Source of the DNA: Octopus sinensis
Lineage: Eukaryota
NCBI RefSeq assembly: GCF_006345805.1
Contig: NC_043004.1
Span: forward strand, 43,090,001-43,154,000
Reading direction: 5' to 3'
Length of the DNA: 64,000 nucleotides
The translations under genes were made by a program, and so were the position numbers. The notes beneath the pieces were generated by a model. That model saw only the letters and a program-made list of their open reading frames with translations. It was not told the DNA's origin and ran no database searches. Positions 35,758 through 49,899 of this stretch are shown here, in pieces (positions within the stretch are counted from its first letter, which is position 1; every line of letters starts with the position of its first letter).

Positions 35758-38289
35758 GTGGCAGTAATTTTTGCTGTGTCGATGAAATACCAGCTACATA
35801 CTGGGGGGCGGGGATCAAATGTATGTAGGTAAAATTGAAAGTACATCTTATATAAATATTATTGAGAAATACTTCTTCGGTGATCGAAATGATTTTCTAC
35901 TCTTTCCTGTTCGCATGCAATTATTGATATATTTGTAATTGCTGATATTCTTAGAATGAATAACTTTTTGTTCAAACATCTGTAGGATTATACACCATTA
36001 CAAAAGTATTCATCTAGATATGAAGTGAAGGAAAGCTCTCCAAATTTGGGGACAGTAGGGTTAAAGATACTAGCAAATATTTTAAAGGAATATGTGGAAA
36101 ACTCACTAGGCAAATATATTGAAAAGAGGTCTTTCGTTTGTTTTATTGCTGCACAATTTAGCAAGACTAATTATTGAGAGGAAAAATAAAGCAAAAGCAA
36201 ATTTAGAATATTTAAGAAATATTTATCCATTATATGTATTTTCGATTATTTCGTTATCTCTTTAATTTATGTAATTCATATTCAAGATTTCAAAATATAT
36301 TTCTTGACCTTCCACCTGACAAAACATAAAAATCTTGGTGTTAATTATATATTTCACGTATTTGAACAGTTTTAACTCAATCAATTTAATTTTATTCATA
36401 AACGATTGAATTACTGAATTTAAGAATTTCTAGACGAACTATTTAATTTCGCTTTAATTTGTAGTTATATCATCCTCTCAAAATAAATTTTATTTTATAT
36501 AGAGCGAGAACAATCACCCTTATATTTTTCATATGAACATTAAGATTGGTTTTCAATACTTACCCACAAATACAGGTAATTAAATATTTCTGTACTGGTA
36601 TCAATATTGCAAATGAAAACGCAATAACTGATAATTTATATGTGTTAATAAATGTTCTTACATTGACTTAAGGGAATACAGAAATTCATTTCGCATAATA
36701 TAAGGCAGAGAATTAATATGAGAGTAACATTTATGACAAACGAATTTTCAACATCATTACATATACTTTAATCCAGTATATAATCTACAAGATATTCTGC
36801 AATGTATATTGGATGCTCTTAATTTGAATCAAAATTCATTACTCGTCTAATCAATCTTATAAATTCGAATTTCTTATAGAAATTTCTGATCTACTCACTG
36901 AGTTACTAGAACTGTCAGCTGCATACGCAACAATATTTGAAGTAGTAATACCAAACTGAAATTGCTAGGCACTAAATGCCTAGTTAAAATAAGTGATTAT
37001 ATCACATGACCGATAGGTGTATTAACTTTTCGACACCAAAGTAAATACTGAAGCATTCCTGTTTAATTACACAATTACAATCATTTCTGTACCCCTTTGT
37101 GTAATTATAACAAATTTTCATATTTATCTGTTTCTGATATTATTCCTCCCGACATGGAAGCATTCACAAATGGAGGTCGTTAAGCGCCCTTCTCTCTCAT
37201 TAGGTCTTGAATTCACATATTTTGCAGTAAAGTTGGCCCGTAAAGTCTGATATAGTTTGATGGAAACCGGAATCTCATGTATGATATTTGACAGGTGGAA
37301 ACTGATAGAAATTTGCTGGCACCTGTAATTCAGAAACCTTTATTTTTACGAAATGACATATTTTACTGGGAATTATATCAACATAACAAATATCTGTTGA
37401 ATATCGTATATTTCAATGATTAGTTGATTTAGTTGTGCGAAATTGATGCTTTGACAGATGCATCAAAGTATTTCACATATCCATGTATAACAAATAGTAA
37501 TTCTTGTGGTGAATTTTATTCAAACATTATAGAAATCTTTATTCAGAGACCAGTATTTCTGATTCTGCTGTTACCTTTGTGCATTGGCAAGTTAGATATT
37601 TACTGTTCACTACATCACATATACCTATACACATTCATTTATTGTGATTTATCTGTTTTTGCCAAGACACATTATATCAATATCCAAGCAGCAAGCTTAA
37701 GGTTATATGTTATCAATATAAATTTAGTATATATTGTCTTTTTGAATATTGTGACAACACAGCTGACATATTAAAAAATAAGTTAAACTAAATTCTTTCT
37801 TAATAATTAGATTAAATACTTAAGTATAATGAATATATTGAACACATTAGAACGAAGACATGAAAGTATTTAACATAAATATGTTTATTCTGTTTCATGG
37901 CAATACTGATAATACGAAACAGTAATTCAAAACAATATCTTGAAAGATAAGTTAAAGTATGTTTTAATTGCTTAATGCTTCGAAATGAACAATGGAGTAT
38001 AAGTGCTTTGCAAGGAAAGTATTCGCTTACGGTATTTGACATAGCGTGTAAAATATATGCAATTAAAATTTCTACTTAATTATTTGAGTGACGAATACTC
38101 ATTAATATCCTAGAAGGCTATTATAATTTCGGCATTTAAATGAACTTGTGTTGCATTATTAAATATAAAAAAATTGTGATGGGTAAGAATTATCTAACAT
38201 ATACCCAAATGTGTATTATTAAATTAGCAACGATTGCAGAGATCGCAAAGTGAGTCATTCAATGTATTTGCCTAAAATAATCCTTACTG

Positions 38290-38702
38290 CTCTAGGCACA
38301 TGACCCAAACTTTTTGGGAAGAAGCAAATCGATTAGATCGACCCCAGTAGGGAAAACTTTATTTCATTTATCGGCCCCAAAAGAATAAAAGGTAAAGTCG
38401 ACCTCGACGGAATTTGAACTCACAACATACAGATAGACGAAATACATATTTCTTTACTACCCACAAGGGGGCTAAACGTAGAGGGGACAAACATGGACAG
38501 ACAAACGGATTACGTCGATTATATCGACCCCAGTGCGTAACTGGTAGTTATTTAATCGATCCGAAAGGATGAAAGGCAAAGTCGACTTCGGCGGAGTTTG
38601 AACTCAGAACATATAGGTAGACGACTTACCTATTTCTCTACTACCCACAAGGGGCTAAACACAGCGGGCTTTTATATGGACAGACAAACGGATTAAGTCG
38701 AT
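38290..38702 (-). mobile_element. SINE family B tandem bodies (about 184-bp period)
   Basis: atttct(t/c)tactacccacaagggg recurs at 38446 and 38630. ggggtcgat cores. Confidence 0.85.
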
Positions 38703-38759
38703 TAAGAGTGGTTGCATGACATCTTAAAAGACAGAAGTCTAGCTGTCGCAGCCAACGGA

Positions 38760-39005
38760 TCCCTCTCCACAGGGACATTAATATAAAGTGGTGTGACTCA
38801 GAGAACTCTGTTCGTGGTGACTCTTTCAGACATGCCATCTGAGGGACACCCATTCAGTGCGAGTAGATATTTTGAAGAAACAACTTGAGCTCTCATTATC
38901 AAAGATCCCAGATGAAACGATGTCAAAGCGGGAAACTGAAAAGTGAGCAGCAATATCGAACTCCTTCCATCACGAAAAGCCAAACTCGCAGAATGATCCA
39001 ATTAG
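38760..39005 (+). mobile_element. CR1-type LINE extreme 3' fragment
   Basis: FKKQLELSLSKIPDE-like reading (needs frame correction), similar to FKRHLEKFL.IPDKP in 29260-30125. Confidence 0.5.
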
Positions 39006-39054
39006 AATGATCGGCTTAAGCGAGGCAGGGTCGTTGTTTATTTATAATACATTC

Positions 39055-39102
39055 AGGCCTGCTGATGATTACGTAAGTATGAAATCACTGTGATACAGGC
39101 CT
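39055..39102 (+). ncRNA. Type I hammerhead ribozyme (H1), first copy
   Basis: aggcctg CTGATGA ttac gtaa gtat GAAA tcac t gtga t a caggcct. Cleavage predicted after 39095. The 10.1-11.1 pair is U.U. Confidence 0.8.
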
Positions 39103-39538
39103 ATATTTTTAAATGTCTTACTTTGAAAAATTGCATTCGGTGGGATTAGTAATATTTTTGGTAGAAATGACTGATTGTCCCTCTTAGCGTTTGGCATGTA
39201 TATATAATGCCTCCTGGCATGTATGTATAATTATGCCCTCTATATATAAATTAATATGTTCAATAAGAAATAATTATTTTCGAAATTTTTTCTCTTATGA
39301 GGTTTTTACGCTATCTACCTGACAATTTCTTGTTAAGTTTTCCTTATTAAGTAGTTGTCCTTAATTGCAAAATTTTTATTCCGAAAAAAACTTTTCCTCT
39401 CCCGAAATGCAATTTTGTAAAAGTCTGCCATTCACCCGGATGTAATATATATAAACTCACCCATGTGCTTCGTTGATGTTGATCAGTTAGCTGTTCGGCT
39501 TAAGCGAGGCAGGGTCGTTGTTTATTTATAATACATTC

Positions 39539-39586
39539 AGGCCTGCTGATGATTACGTAAGTATGAAATCACTGTGATACAGGCCT
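39539..39586 (+). ncRNA. Type I hammerhead ribozyme (H1), second copy
   Basis: Same sequence as 39055-39102. Cleavage predicted after 39579. Confidence 0.8.
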
Positions 39587-39724
39587 ATATTTTTAAATGT
39601 CTTACTTTGAAAAATTGCATTCGGTGGGATTAGTAATATTTTTGGTAGAAATGACTGATTGTCCCTCTTAGCGTTTGGCATGTATATATAATGCCTCCTG
39701 GCATGTATGTATAATTATGCCCTC

Positions 39725-40069
<345 letters not shown>

Positions 40070-40552
40070 TTGTCTCTTTCACCAGGCACACTTAAGCTTA
40101 ACCTTTAGTTAAATCTAGGAACAAAAGAAGACGTAGAACATATAATTAACACTGCCATGAAAATAAGGTTTTATCACTGAAATAATAGACTGTGAATATA
40201 GCTGGAGTGCAACGTTTGTCAGCTATGACGCCATTCTTGTATTAATGGTTTGTGTATCCCTTTATTAGTAATACTTCGAAGACAATTTGGAGTTCTAATG
40301 GATTGTATAAAAGTCCTATTATGTCGATAATGGTAAAAGTGAAGAAATGCGCGAAATATTAAAAAAGTGTAAAGAAATGGTGATAGAAAAACCAGCGAAC
40401 GTATGCCTGCACTTTCAATAGCCAATAAAGCAGGATATTGAAAGCATATGATAATGGGTTTTGTATTACGGAAATAGCATTAAAAATGACTGTGTTTGAA
40501 ATATCTGCAAGCACTAGGTGTTATAAGAGGAAATCACATAAATATACATATA

Positions 40553-41600
40553 TACTGGGTCATCCCATAAATAATGCAGTATTTTTTATACTTCTTTCAT
40601 TTTGAAACTTAAGATAAACAAGGGCCTTTTTTTATCTAACATGTACCCTCCTTCATTTTCTGCAATGCTCTTGTCCGTGACGAAAAATACTCCTCCAATA
40701 CTGTTGTGACCTCGTCTACAGATTTTCCGTCCAATTGATTTTGAAGACTGCGGAGTAAATGTCCGGCGAATATGGTGGGTAGGGGTATCGATTAGCATTA
40801 AAACTGCTCCAGGCGTTGGAATATCATCTTCGCTGCATATTGCCTGGCATTTACCTGATGGAAGAACACCTTTCCTCTTGAAACTCAGGATACTCTTATT
40901 TATTCTAGCGCTGACTTAAGCCGCTCAAGCTGCTCGCAGTATATCTTCTTCGTTATCATTTGGTTTAGCTTTAACATTTCAAACTAGACTAAACATTTCA
41001 TATCCCATCTAACAAATAGCAGCACATGACATGGGGAAGACATTTGTTAGCCTGGGATGCAGGCGTTTCTCCTTTCCTATCCACTACCTTCGCCGTTTGA
41101 TATTTTTATTGGGAACCCATTTCTCGTCGCCAGTAACTATTCTGTCCAAAAAAGGTTCATTCCTGAGTCATGACCGCAAAGAGGAACATACATTAACTGT
41201 CAGCGAGTGATTAGTCTCAAAAAGTTTGTAATGAACACATTAACCCAATTTGCTGACATATCCGATGACATGCAGGTTTCGATGAATGCTAGAATGGCCA
41301 AATCCAAGCATCTCTGCTATTTCCGCAACAGTTACAATGGGATTTCGTTCCATTAGGCTTTGCAGGATGCTCTTGCTGAGCTCTACATATGTTCCACGAA
41401 AGGCTCGTCTTCTATGCTGTAGTTTTCGGCTCGGAATTTCTTGAACTACCGTTGATATTGGCTTATGCTTATTGTCTGATTCCCATATACTGCCTCAGTA
41501 TCACTCGCACTTTCCGTTGCCTTGTTATATTTATTGAACTTATGAAGCAAATTATGACGAATAGGCTCCTTTGTCACTTCCGTTATATGTTTGTAAAATA
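40553..41600 (-). mobile_element. Mariner (DD34D) transposase pseudogene with one TIR
   Basis: AVYGNQTIS..FKKFRAENYSIEDEP; DRIVTGDEKWV; FFHQVNAR; HPPYSPD. TA followed by ctgggtcatcccataaataatgc terminus. Many stops and frameshifts. Confidence 0.92.
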
Positions 41601-42790
41601 ACTGTTAAAATCGAACTCCGCTCTTCAAATCTTGCATTAAGAATAGGTATTTTATTCAAGCCACAAGCGCCAAATAGCATTTCACAAGTGGTGACATGTC
41701 CTTCCACAAAAAGTGAAAGAGCTGCCTCTCCAACCTGATCAATCACGAATCCGGACAGGGCACGACGGTCAGTAGTAGGTAATGACCGATGCGATAAATA
41801 CATTGGCCACTTCCCGACTCCATTTCAGGGATAGACACCGCGAAGACCAGGTCTTGACTATTGCAGCCTCCCTGATCGAAACCTCCGTCCAGTTCCCAGC
41901 AATTTAACCGGTCCCTCCGTCCAGCGATCAGCAACGCTGTCTGAAGGCATCGAGTGACCAACCTAGGTGCCGATCTGCAAGTCGAACGACTTTTCCCGGT
42001 TGATCTTTGCTACTGCCACCTTCTCGTAAACCTCAACAGCCTTACCCACTTCACGTAGGCGCACTACTGTGGTAACGCTGATTGTGATATCGTCCGTGTA
42101 AGCCGAAACGAACTCCTCTAAACCTGGTTCTACCGGGATGTCACTGAACTTTCGCAGCAGGGGCTCATGATCCACCACATACAAAAGTGGTGAGAGCGGA
42201 CATCCTTGATGCACCTAGGGTCTGATGCAGACCGGCTTCCAAATGAAACCGTTCACCCGAACTATCGAGTCAATGTTGTGATACAGAGCGATGAACCACC
42301 TGCGGAAGACAAGGCCCAGACTAAACCACAGTCGCCAGATATAGATCCTATCAAAAGCTTTAGATTGGTCTAAATGCACCAATGCCTCACATTTGCCTAA
42401 GTTATCACAGACCCTCACTATGGTATACCGAATAAGATGGACATTATCCTGAATGGTTCTGCCTGGGATGACACATATCTGTGCCTCCCCGACTATACCA
42501 TTTGCGACAGGCGCCAAACTTTTGCTAAAACCTTGGCCAAAATCTTCACTTCTGCGTTTAACAGAGTGACAGGCCTAAATTATCTAAAACGTCCCCCTTC
42601 TCCGGGTCCTTTCTCATCACCGTCACCAATCCTCGGTGCAAAGATCTGGGGACAAACCCATTCTGTTGCCAGTTCGCGTACACGCTAGCCAGTAGGTGCC
42701 CGAACAAGTCTGTCATACATTTATATAGCTCGTAAGGAAGACCATCAGGTCCCGGCGACTTGCACGTTTTACAGTCAACCATAGCCTTAT
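41600..42790 (-). mobile_element. Tx1/L1-type LINE RT domain, degraded
   Basis: KSPGPDGLPYELY; FRPVTLLNAEVKILAK; LDQSKAFDR; HQGCPLSPLLYV; SAYTDDITI; AKINREKS. Confidence 0.92.
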
Positions 42791-43132
42791 TTGCATGCAG
42801 TAAGCATCATTATATGACTGACGGTCTTCCTTAAACTAAATATTTTTTTGTCTGTCTTCAAAACCCATGATGATTCTTTCTCTGTTATTTCGGTTTTGAT
42901 TCCTTTTTGAATATCATTCATGTACACTTTTACAGTCGTAGCCAGTGCATATAGACAGGTGTTAATCTTCCAGTAAGTGGGTTCATCACACTGTTGTAAA
43001 TACTCTTCACCAATTTCTTTAACACCTGTTAATGCCGTACCTGGTAGATATTTAAAAAAAAATTACTTTGGTAAGAGAGTCCTTCAAAGCCAAAATTTCA
43101 GTAAGGGGGCATTTAACCGGCATATAATCCTG

Positions 43133-43206
<74 letters not shown>
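43133..43206. repeat. (CTA)n microsatellite
   Basis: Direct reading. Confidence 0.95.
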
Positions 43207-43208
<2 letters not shown>

Positions 43209-43844
43209 ACTATAGTTGTAGTAGGGGGGCAGTGGTCAGTTGCTTAAGCCAATAATGGAGTTTGGCTGGCCGCCACTATGGAATCTGTTGGAATACCGCT
43301 TGCTGCGAAGCCAAGTGGTGGTCTTATATCATTCACATTTTTGTTTTTGTTTATAGAGTTGGGAAGAAAGTATGTTTATATGTATGTATGTGGAAATATA
43401 ACTGTGTGTCTGTGCGTGGGTTTGTGCGTGTATAATTTTGTGTGCGTGCTCTTGTCAGTAGGTGTATAAAAACATAAGGAAGAGACTGTAAGATAGCCCG
43501 AATCAGTAACCATGGCCATCTGCATATTTCAGAAAAAACAGGCATGAACATAATATTATTTACTATTTTAAGAGCAAACATATTTAGACTACATCATTAA
43601 AGAGGGAAGCAGAACTACCGTATTAAAACGAAATCCGTTACGTACAAATTGACATCACTCCAAATACATGGTGGGGAAAGTTGAATATGTTACTGTAAAT
43701 ATTCTAAATTAGTTTATTTTCTTTCAGTTAAATTTCAATTTGATTACATGGCATGCAATTAGATTACATGTAACTACTGTGGATGAATTTGGAGAGACCA
43801 AGAACATCTGTGTCCATTTATACAAAACTGTATACACGACAATC

Positions 43845-43848
43845 TATG

Positions 43849-43911
<63 letters not shown>

Positions 43912-44003
43912 ATGTCTGTCTATCTATCTATCTATCTATCTATCTCTATCTATCTCTCTATGTATTTATCTATCTATCTATCTATCTGCCTATCTCTCTC
44001 CCC

Positions 44004-44039
<36 letters not shown>

Positions 44040-44070
44040 ATGTATTTATCTATCTATCTATCTGCCTATC

Positions 44071-44163
<93 letters not shown>

Positions 44164-44200
44164 ACGTCTATCTGTCCCTCTATCTGTCTGCCCGTCTCGT
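43845..44200. repeat. (TATC)n-rich microsatellite
   Basis: Direct reading. Confidence 0.95.
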
Positions 44201-44539
44201 TTTCTCTGGGTTTCTGTCTAATTATTTATCTATCTATCCAACTGTCTCGCTGTATATCTACCTAAATTTCTGTCTGCTAATCAATATACATAAAATTATA
44301 CACACAGACACATATACATAATATATTAATATACATATAAATAACGTATGTATATGCGTATACAAGTGGGCATATTTTGTATAATTCCTTCCCGAATTTT
44401 GAGCTATTTTCCGTCTTATCTTCAGACATGCTTCCTCTACTTTAGTATCAATCAGAATGTCGAAGTGAGATGCTTAGCAGAAATCCCCCGCACACATATA
44501 GGTATATATACATGTATACACATGCATACATATATACAT

Positions 44540-44795
44540 GATGGCTGCCCCCGCATTATCGAATATGGCCATTCCACTAAGCTTACTGTTACTGGTGCTG
44601 TGATCGAATGTGATTTTTAGTCCAACTAAAGATCTACAACGTCTTGTACAGAATTGGCAACTAAAAACTTTATCAGTAATAGCCGGCTGTAGTTGTAACT
44701 GGGCTTCATTCACCTTTGCATGTCGTTTAAGTCCTCCTGCCGAATTACACTCTCTTCCACATGCTCGACAGATATGATTAGTATGGTGTCTAGCA
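44540..44795 (-). mobile_element. RTE-type LINE 3' end with two C2H2-like motifs
   Basis: HICRACGRECNSAGGLKRH and FSCQFCTRRCRSLVGLK. Confidence 0.7.
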
Positions 44796-44839
44796 CCACC
44801 ACAAATAGATACATAAATACATACATATATACATACATA

Positions 44840-47790
44840 CATATATATTTTGATAGGTTTCGGACAGTATTGGTCCAGCCTATGTCTATCTTAATAGGAC
44901 AACCTGGTAAAGTAATTCAAATCAGAAATCGGATAACGCGGCCCACTCGAGGAGAGAATTACTGTTTATGGGGACATAACCGGGTGTAGGAGGTTTGCCC
45001 GGGATTTTTGAAGGAATTTGTCCAAAGACATCTTGAACTTTATGGGTCCTGTTTCTGCTTTAATGTGTTTTGGTATAATGTTAAAGAGGACGTGGCCAGT
45101 TTAGGTGAAACAATTGTGCCATATTTTTCTTATGTGATGCCCACAACATTTAATACACTTGGGCGTGTCTTAAAGGCGATGTCAATATCATTTGGGCAAT
45201 GCTGTTGGAATATTTTCCACATCATGCAGATGAGGTAGCGCTCACGGCGGCGTTGTAGAGGATAATGCTTGAGCCTTTCTTGTCGACATCAATAGTCAAG
45301 GCCTGTCATTCCGTATATCTTTTTTTTGTATGTGACCTCTGGCCTGCTTCAATTTTCATGATACTTTGTATCATGTAGGGAAACCACAGTGGGCAACAGT
45401 ATTCATGGTGGGGTCGGTCAAAAGTGGAGAAGAGAAGGAAAATGGCGTGAATATCTCTTGACTGGAAACTTCTGAGAATCTAGCAGCACATTCTGCGGGC
45501 CATGTCAACTCACTTCATTAATAACCTTCTGGATCTTGGAATCAGCTGCAGAGGCTTTTATTTTACTGTGCTTGATGATGTCAGTAATGCCATTGATATA
45601 GACGATGAAGAGAAGTGGGCCCAGCACAGTACCTTGTGGAACATCACTACTGACTTTGGCTAGGCTTGATTTTACACCGTCGATAAAACGTGGTGGGTTC
45701 TGCCTCTCTGGAAACTCTTCATCCATTATATAAAGTTTTAAGACGCACCAATGCTGGAGAGCTTTTTCAAGAGGATCTTACGACTCGCCCTGTCAAAGAC
45801 ATTGCTAATATCAGGGTAGATGACATCATTATTCGAGCCCTCTCCCAAAGCTCTTAAAATGTTATGAAACTGATGTAGGAGCTGCGTCAGGCAGTTGCTT
45901 GCCTTTATTACGGAATCCATGTTGATTGTGGTTCGTCAGTCTGTTGCTTGCAAGAAAGTAGGTTATCCGTGATCACACCATCGTCTCAAATACCTTGATG
46001 ATATGAGAAGTGAGCGAGGTCGGCCGGTAGTTCACTGCAAGGGACTTGTTTCCCTTTTTGAAAACTGGGATAATATTCTGGGACAGAATGTTCTCAGGAA
46101 TATAATCAGCTTCCAGTGGCTTCCTCCACAGATTAGCAAGAGAAGATGCAAGTTGGTGTCGATACACTTTCATGACACAAGCAGGGAACTCATCAAGCCT
46201 GCTGCAGAATTGCGTTTAATTTCGTTTATTGCCGCTAAGATATCGGGAGCGCCAATTGTTATGTCCTATACAGTGCGTTTAGGATTAACATCACCGATAC
46301 CGACCACATCAGGATTGTTAAAAACAGAGCAATACTGTTTCTGCAGTCTAACTCATGGTTTTAGCATTATGTTGGAGATTACTATTTTCCTCAATTAGAG
46401 GGCCAAAAGTGGACGCAGTGACCTTGTGCTTTTCACAACGCTTTGGTGTTGGGTTTGATTTTCTCAACAGGCCATTTCACCTCAGCTGTTTTTTGGTTGT
46501 TGATGCATTGTTGGAGGGTATATATTTGTGTGGCTATTGGCTATTTTTCTGATAATGGGTTTTCTATTTTGGAGAATACTGTACTTAGTGTTTAGCATAT
46601 ATGTTTGTGACCGTATCTAAAAAGATCTAAGATATTTTCATGTTGGAGTAGTTGTGTGCATGTGTGAAAGACCAGTCAACATGTGATAGATCACGTCCCA
46701 GTCTGTATGAAATAGGTTGGCTCTAGAGAGGTCACTATGCTTTGATTTCGGCTGATGGAATTTCAGGTTACAGAAAACCATGTCACGGTGTGAAAGAAGG
46801 TTTTTTTTCACTTAAATATTGTGTATTGTGATAGTGTGGTTACTAAACAGAAGGTCGAAAGTGTTCTGATATCATGTTGGTGCAAGGACAATTTGGAACA
46901 AGAAAAACTCATTCATAAAGTCTGTAAGTGATTCTACTGCTTCAGCAGTTAAGGTGAGATTACCTGATTTCAAACTGTTCGTAGACCAATCAACAAAGGG
47001 CCGATTAAAATCTCTCATCACAATTATGTTTTTAGAATGGCACTGATGAATAAAGCACTTAATGCTGTTCCGGCATTCATTTAGGCACAGTATGGATGTT
47101 TGAGGTGACCTCTACCCAACTACTATCAGGTCATTGGTTTTGTTGTGCTCAGTGACAGATTTACAGTAGACAGAGAATGTTATTTTTCCATATGCCTGAA
47201 AGGAATCATGCAGAAAAATGGCATTTCCATACTTCGACTCGAGCCGCGCCGATGGTTGTGGAATTCCTCACTTTCACTTCGGCTTCCAAGTGAGAGTTGT
47301 CAACGTGGGAGTTGTCAAGATAGAAGAAAGAGATGCAGTGTAGATTGTTAGTAAGCCAACACTTAATAAATTAGATCTTCCATTTTTATACATCGATGGA
47401 GGGATTGACACCATGTGGATTGAGTAGGAACGTGGAGGCTAGCGTAGTGGCAGCTATTCATTGTTGCTAGGCTCTTTTATTCTGAGTGTGTGTTAGTGAC
47501 AGCAAAGTGGAGAGTTGGCGCAGTGAAGCATAGTATAGGATGCAGATGAGTGATTGCCAAAAAGTGTTTTTGTATCTCTTGTTTCAGGTTCAATATGGCT
47601 AAAATAGAATATTCTGCTTATGGAGCAATTTTTGAGTGGAGATGTGGTTGCACTGTTACATAGGTTAGCCGTTTCCGATTTTGCCGTGGTTTTTGGTGTT
47701 GTTGTTATGCCTTTGTGGAAATACTGGACCAGCATTACTGTGGTAGGCAGTCATTTTGCTGTGGTTTGTGTGTTGGCTTGGAATCACGTT
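44840..47790 (-). mobile_element. CR1-type LINE, near full-length ORF2 (APE plus RT), degraded
   Basis: NIIVMRDFNRPFVDW (APE); IIPVFKKGNKSLAVNYRPTSLTSHIIKVFE; VPQGTVLGPLLFIVYIN; LQRRRERY. Confidence 0.9.
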
Positions 47791-47874
47791 TACAGATATA
47801 CATATCTATGTATAGAGATTTAAATATATACCTGTATGTACAAATATGCATATACGTATCTCTCTATACAGATA

Positions 47875-47877
<3 letters not shown>

Positions 47878-47962
<85 letters not shown>

Positions 47963-48066
47963 AAGATATACGTACATATATACATATATACATATCTTTA
48001 TATGTATACATATATACATATCTATATACATATATATATATATATATGTATATATATATTTATATA

Positions 48067-48115
<49 letters not shown>
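47878..48115. repeat. (TA)n/(TAGA)n microsatellite block
   Basis: Direct reading. Confidence 0.9.
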
Positions 48116-48117
<2 letters not shown>

Positions 48118-48803
48118 CTGTATTAAATAACCTATGTTTCACTCGATGTCGGCAGGTCAATACCAAATAATGTGTATTTATTTATTGAATATTTAATTTC
48201 TGCATAATTTAGTTTAACATTGTCAATAATATTATGATCTTAAATATCTTAAAGATGTTTGAATTCGTACTGCATAATGTAAAAGCTAATTTAATAGATG
48301 TATCACACTACTATTCAAATATCTAACTTTACAATGACATATTTGGAATACATGCATATATTCAGAAAGATTGTTTTTATAATAGATTTTCTGTGTTACA
48401 GAATATTTGTAAATATATTCGATTAACCATCAATCAAATTTCACCATTGTTTGCAGTTTCACCTATTGTCGGCCGAACTCACCAGAAAGTAATTCCAAAC
48501 TATTTTCATTTCTATATACGTAATACAAAACCATTTCCATTTCCATATACATTTCCTTGAATTCCTTCACTTACAACTGTAATTACTTTGAGAACGTAAT
48601 TATTGCGACATTTAGTGTCTTACACTATTGCTATAGAGGAAAAATAAGCATATATAAATATTTAGCTGAGTTAAGTTTCATAACGAATAAACAAAATTTT
48701 GCGAATTACATTAAATATAAGTGTACAGTTAGAACATAGTATCATGTTACGGTTGTCAGTTCCATACTGCATATATACTGTAAAATCCCTAAGGATATTA
48801 TAC

Positions 48804-49206
48804 ATAGGCGCAGGAGTGGCTGTATGGTAAGTAGCTTGCTAACCAGCCACATGGTTCCATGTTCAGTCCCACTGCGTGGCATCTTGGGCAAGTGTCTTCT
48901 GCTATAGCCCCGGGCCGACCAATGCCTTGTGAGTGGATTTGGTAGACAGAAACTGAAAGAAGCCTGTCGTATATATGTATATATATATATATGTGTATGT
49001 GTGTGTTTGTGTGTGTGTGTGTTTGTCCCCCTAGCATTGATTGACAACCGATGCTGGTGTGTTTACTTAGCGGTTCGGCAAAATAAACCGATAGAATAAG
49101 TACCAGGCTTACAAATAATAAATCCCGGTGTCGATTTGCTCGATTAAAGGCGGTGCTCCAGCATGGCCACAGTCAAATGACTGAAACAGGTAAAAGAGTA
49201 TAAGAG
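48804..49206 (+). mobile_element. tRNA-derived SINE family A
   Basis: Colinear with 4381-4777. A-box tggctgtatggtaag, B-box gttcagtccc. Confidence 0.9.
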
Positions 49207-49209
49207 TAT

Positions 49210-49625
49210 ATAGGCGTAGGAGTGGCTCTATGGTAAGTAGCTTGCTTACGAACCACATGGTTCCTGGATCAGTCCCACTGCGTGGCACTTTGGGCAAGTG
49301 TCTTCTCCTATAGCCTTGGGCCGAGCAAAGCCTTTTGAGTGGATTTGGTAGACGGAAACTGTAAGAAGCCCGTCGTATATATGTATATATATATATGTGT
49401 GTATATGTTTATGTGTCTGTGTTTGTCACCCCCAACACCGCTTGACAACCGATGCTGTTGTGTTTATGTTCACGTAACTTAGCGGTTCGGCAAAAGGGAC
49501 CGATAGAATAAGTACTGGGCTTACATAAGAATAAGTCCTGGGGTCGATTTCCTCGACTAAAAGGTGGTGCTCCAGCATGGCCACAGTAAAATGACTGAAA
49601 AACGAGTAAAAGAATAAAAGAATAA
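49210..49625 (+). mobile_element. tRNA-derived SINE family A, head-to-tail with the previous copy
   Basis: Starts in the A-rich tail of the previous copy and is visibly diverged from it. Confidence 0.9.
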
Positions 49626-49899
49626 ACAATATACATAGATGTCTTACAGTATAACGCGCCACGATAGTAGTAGGAAAGTTTAAGTAATGGAGTGAAAATA
49701 TAAAATTTAAAAAAATTGTGCTTTGAAACCCTTACGCATTTAAAATGAAAATTGAGATAGATAAAATGCTAGATAAAATCATTTCCCTTAAAATACGTTC
49801 TATGTTTTTCTTTTTCCAGGGAACTATGTTTTCTAGTAAACATCTAAGAAACTTCGTAGTTACATCATAGAAACAAAATGCCATTCTGAACTCTCACGT

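Larger units (their letters stand above)
39011..39733 (+). mobile_element. Retrozyme-like 1.5-mer: 484-bp unit with a 239-bp direct repeat, family H1
   Basis: 39011-39249 and 39495-39733 read as identical, and each holds a hammerhead. The 3' end merges into (TA)n. No ORF. Confidence 0.85.

Noticed and set aside
37140-37774. Open frames and splice-like sites in an AT-rich unique region
   Set aside because: Conflicting frames on both strands and no recognisable protein.
43740-44321. 193-aa ORF and similar IY/LSIY/TH-repeat ORFs throughout the window
   Set aside because: Microsatellite translations.
44385-44432. Hammerhead on the minus strand (CTGAAGA taagacg GAAA)
   Set aside because: No helix II, helix III or helix I pairing in register; at most a decayed relic.
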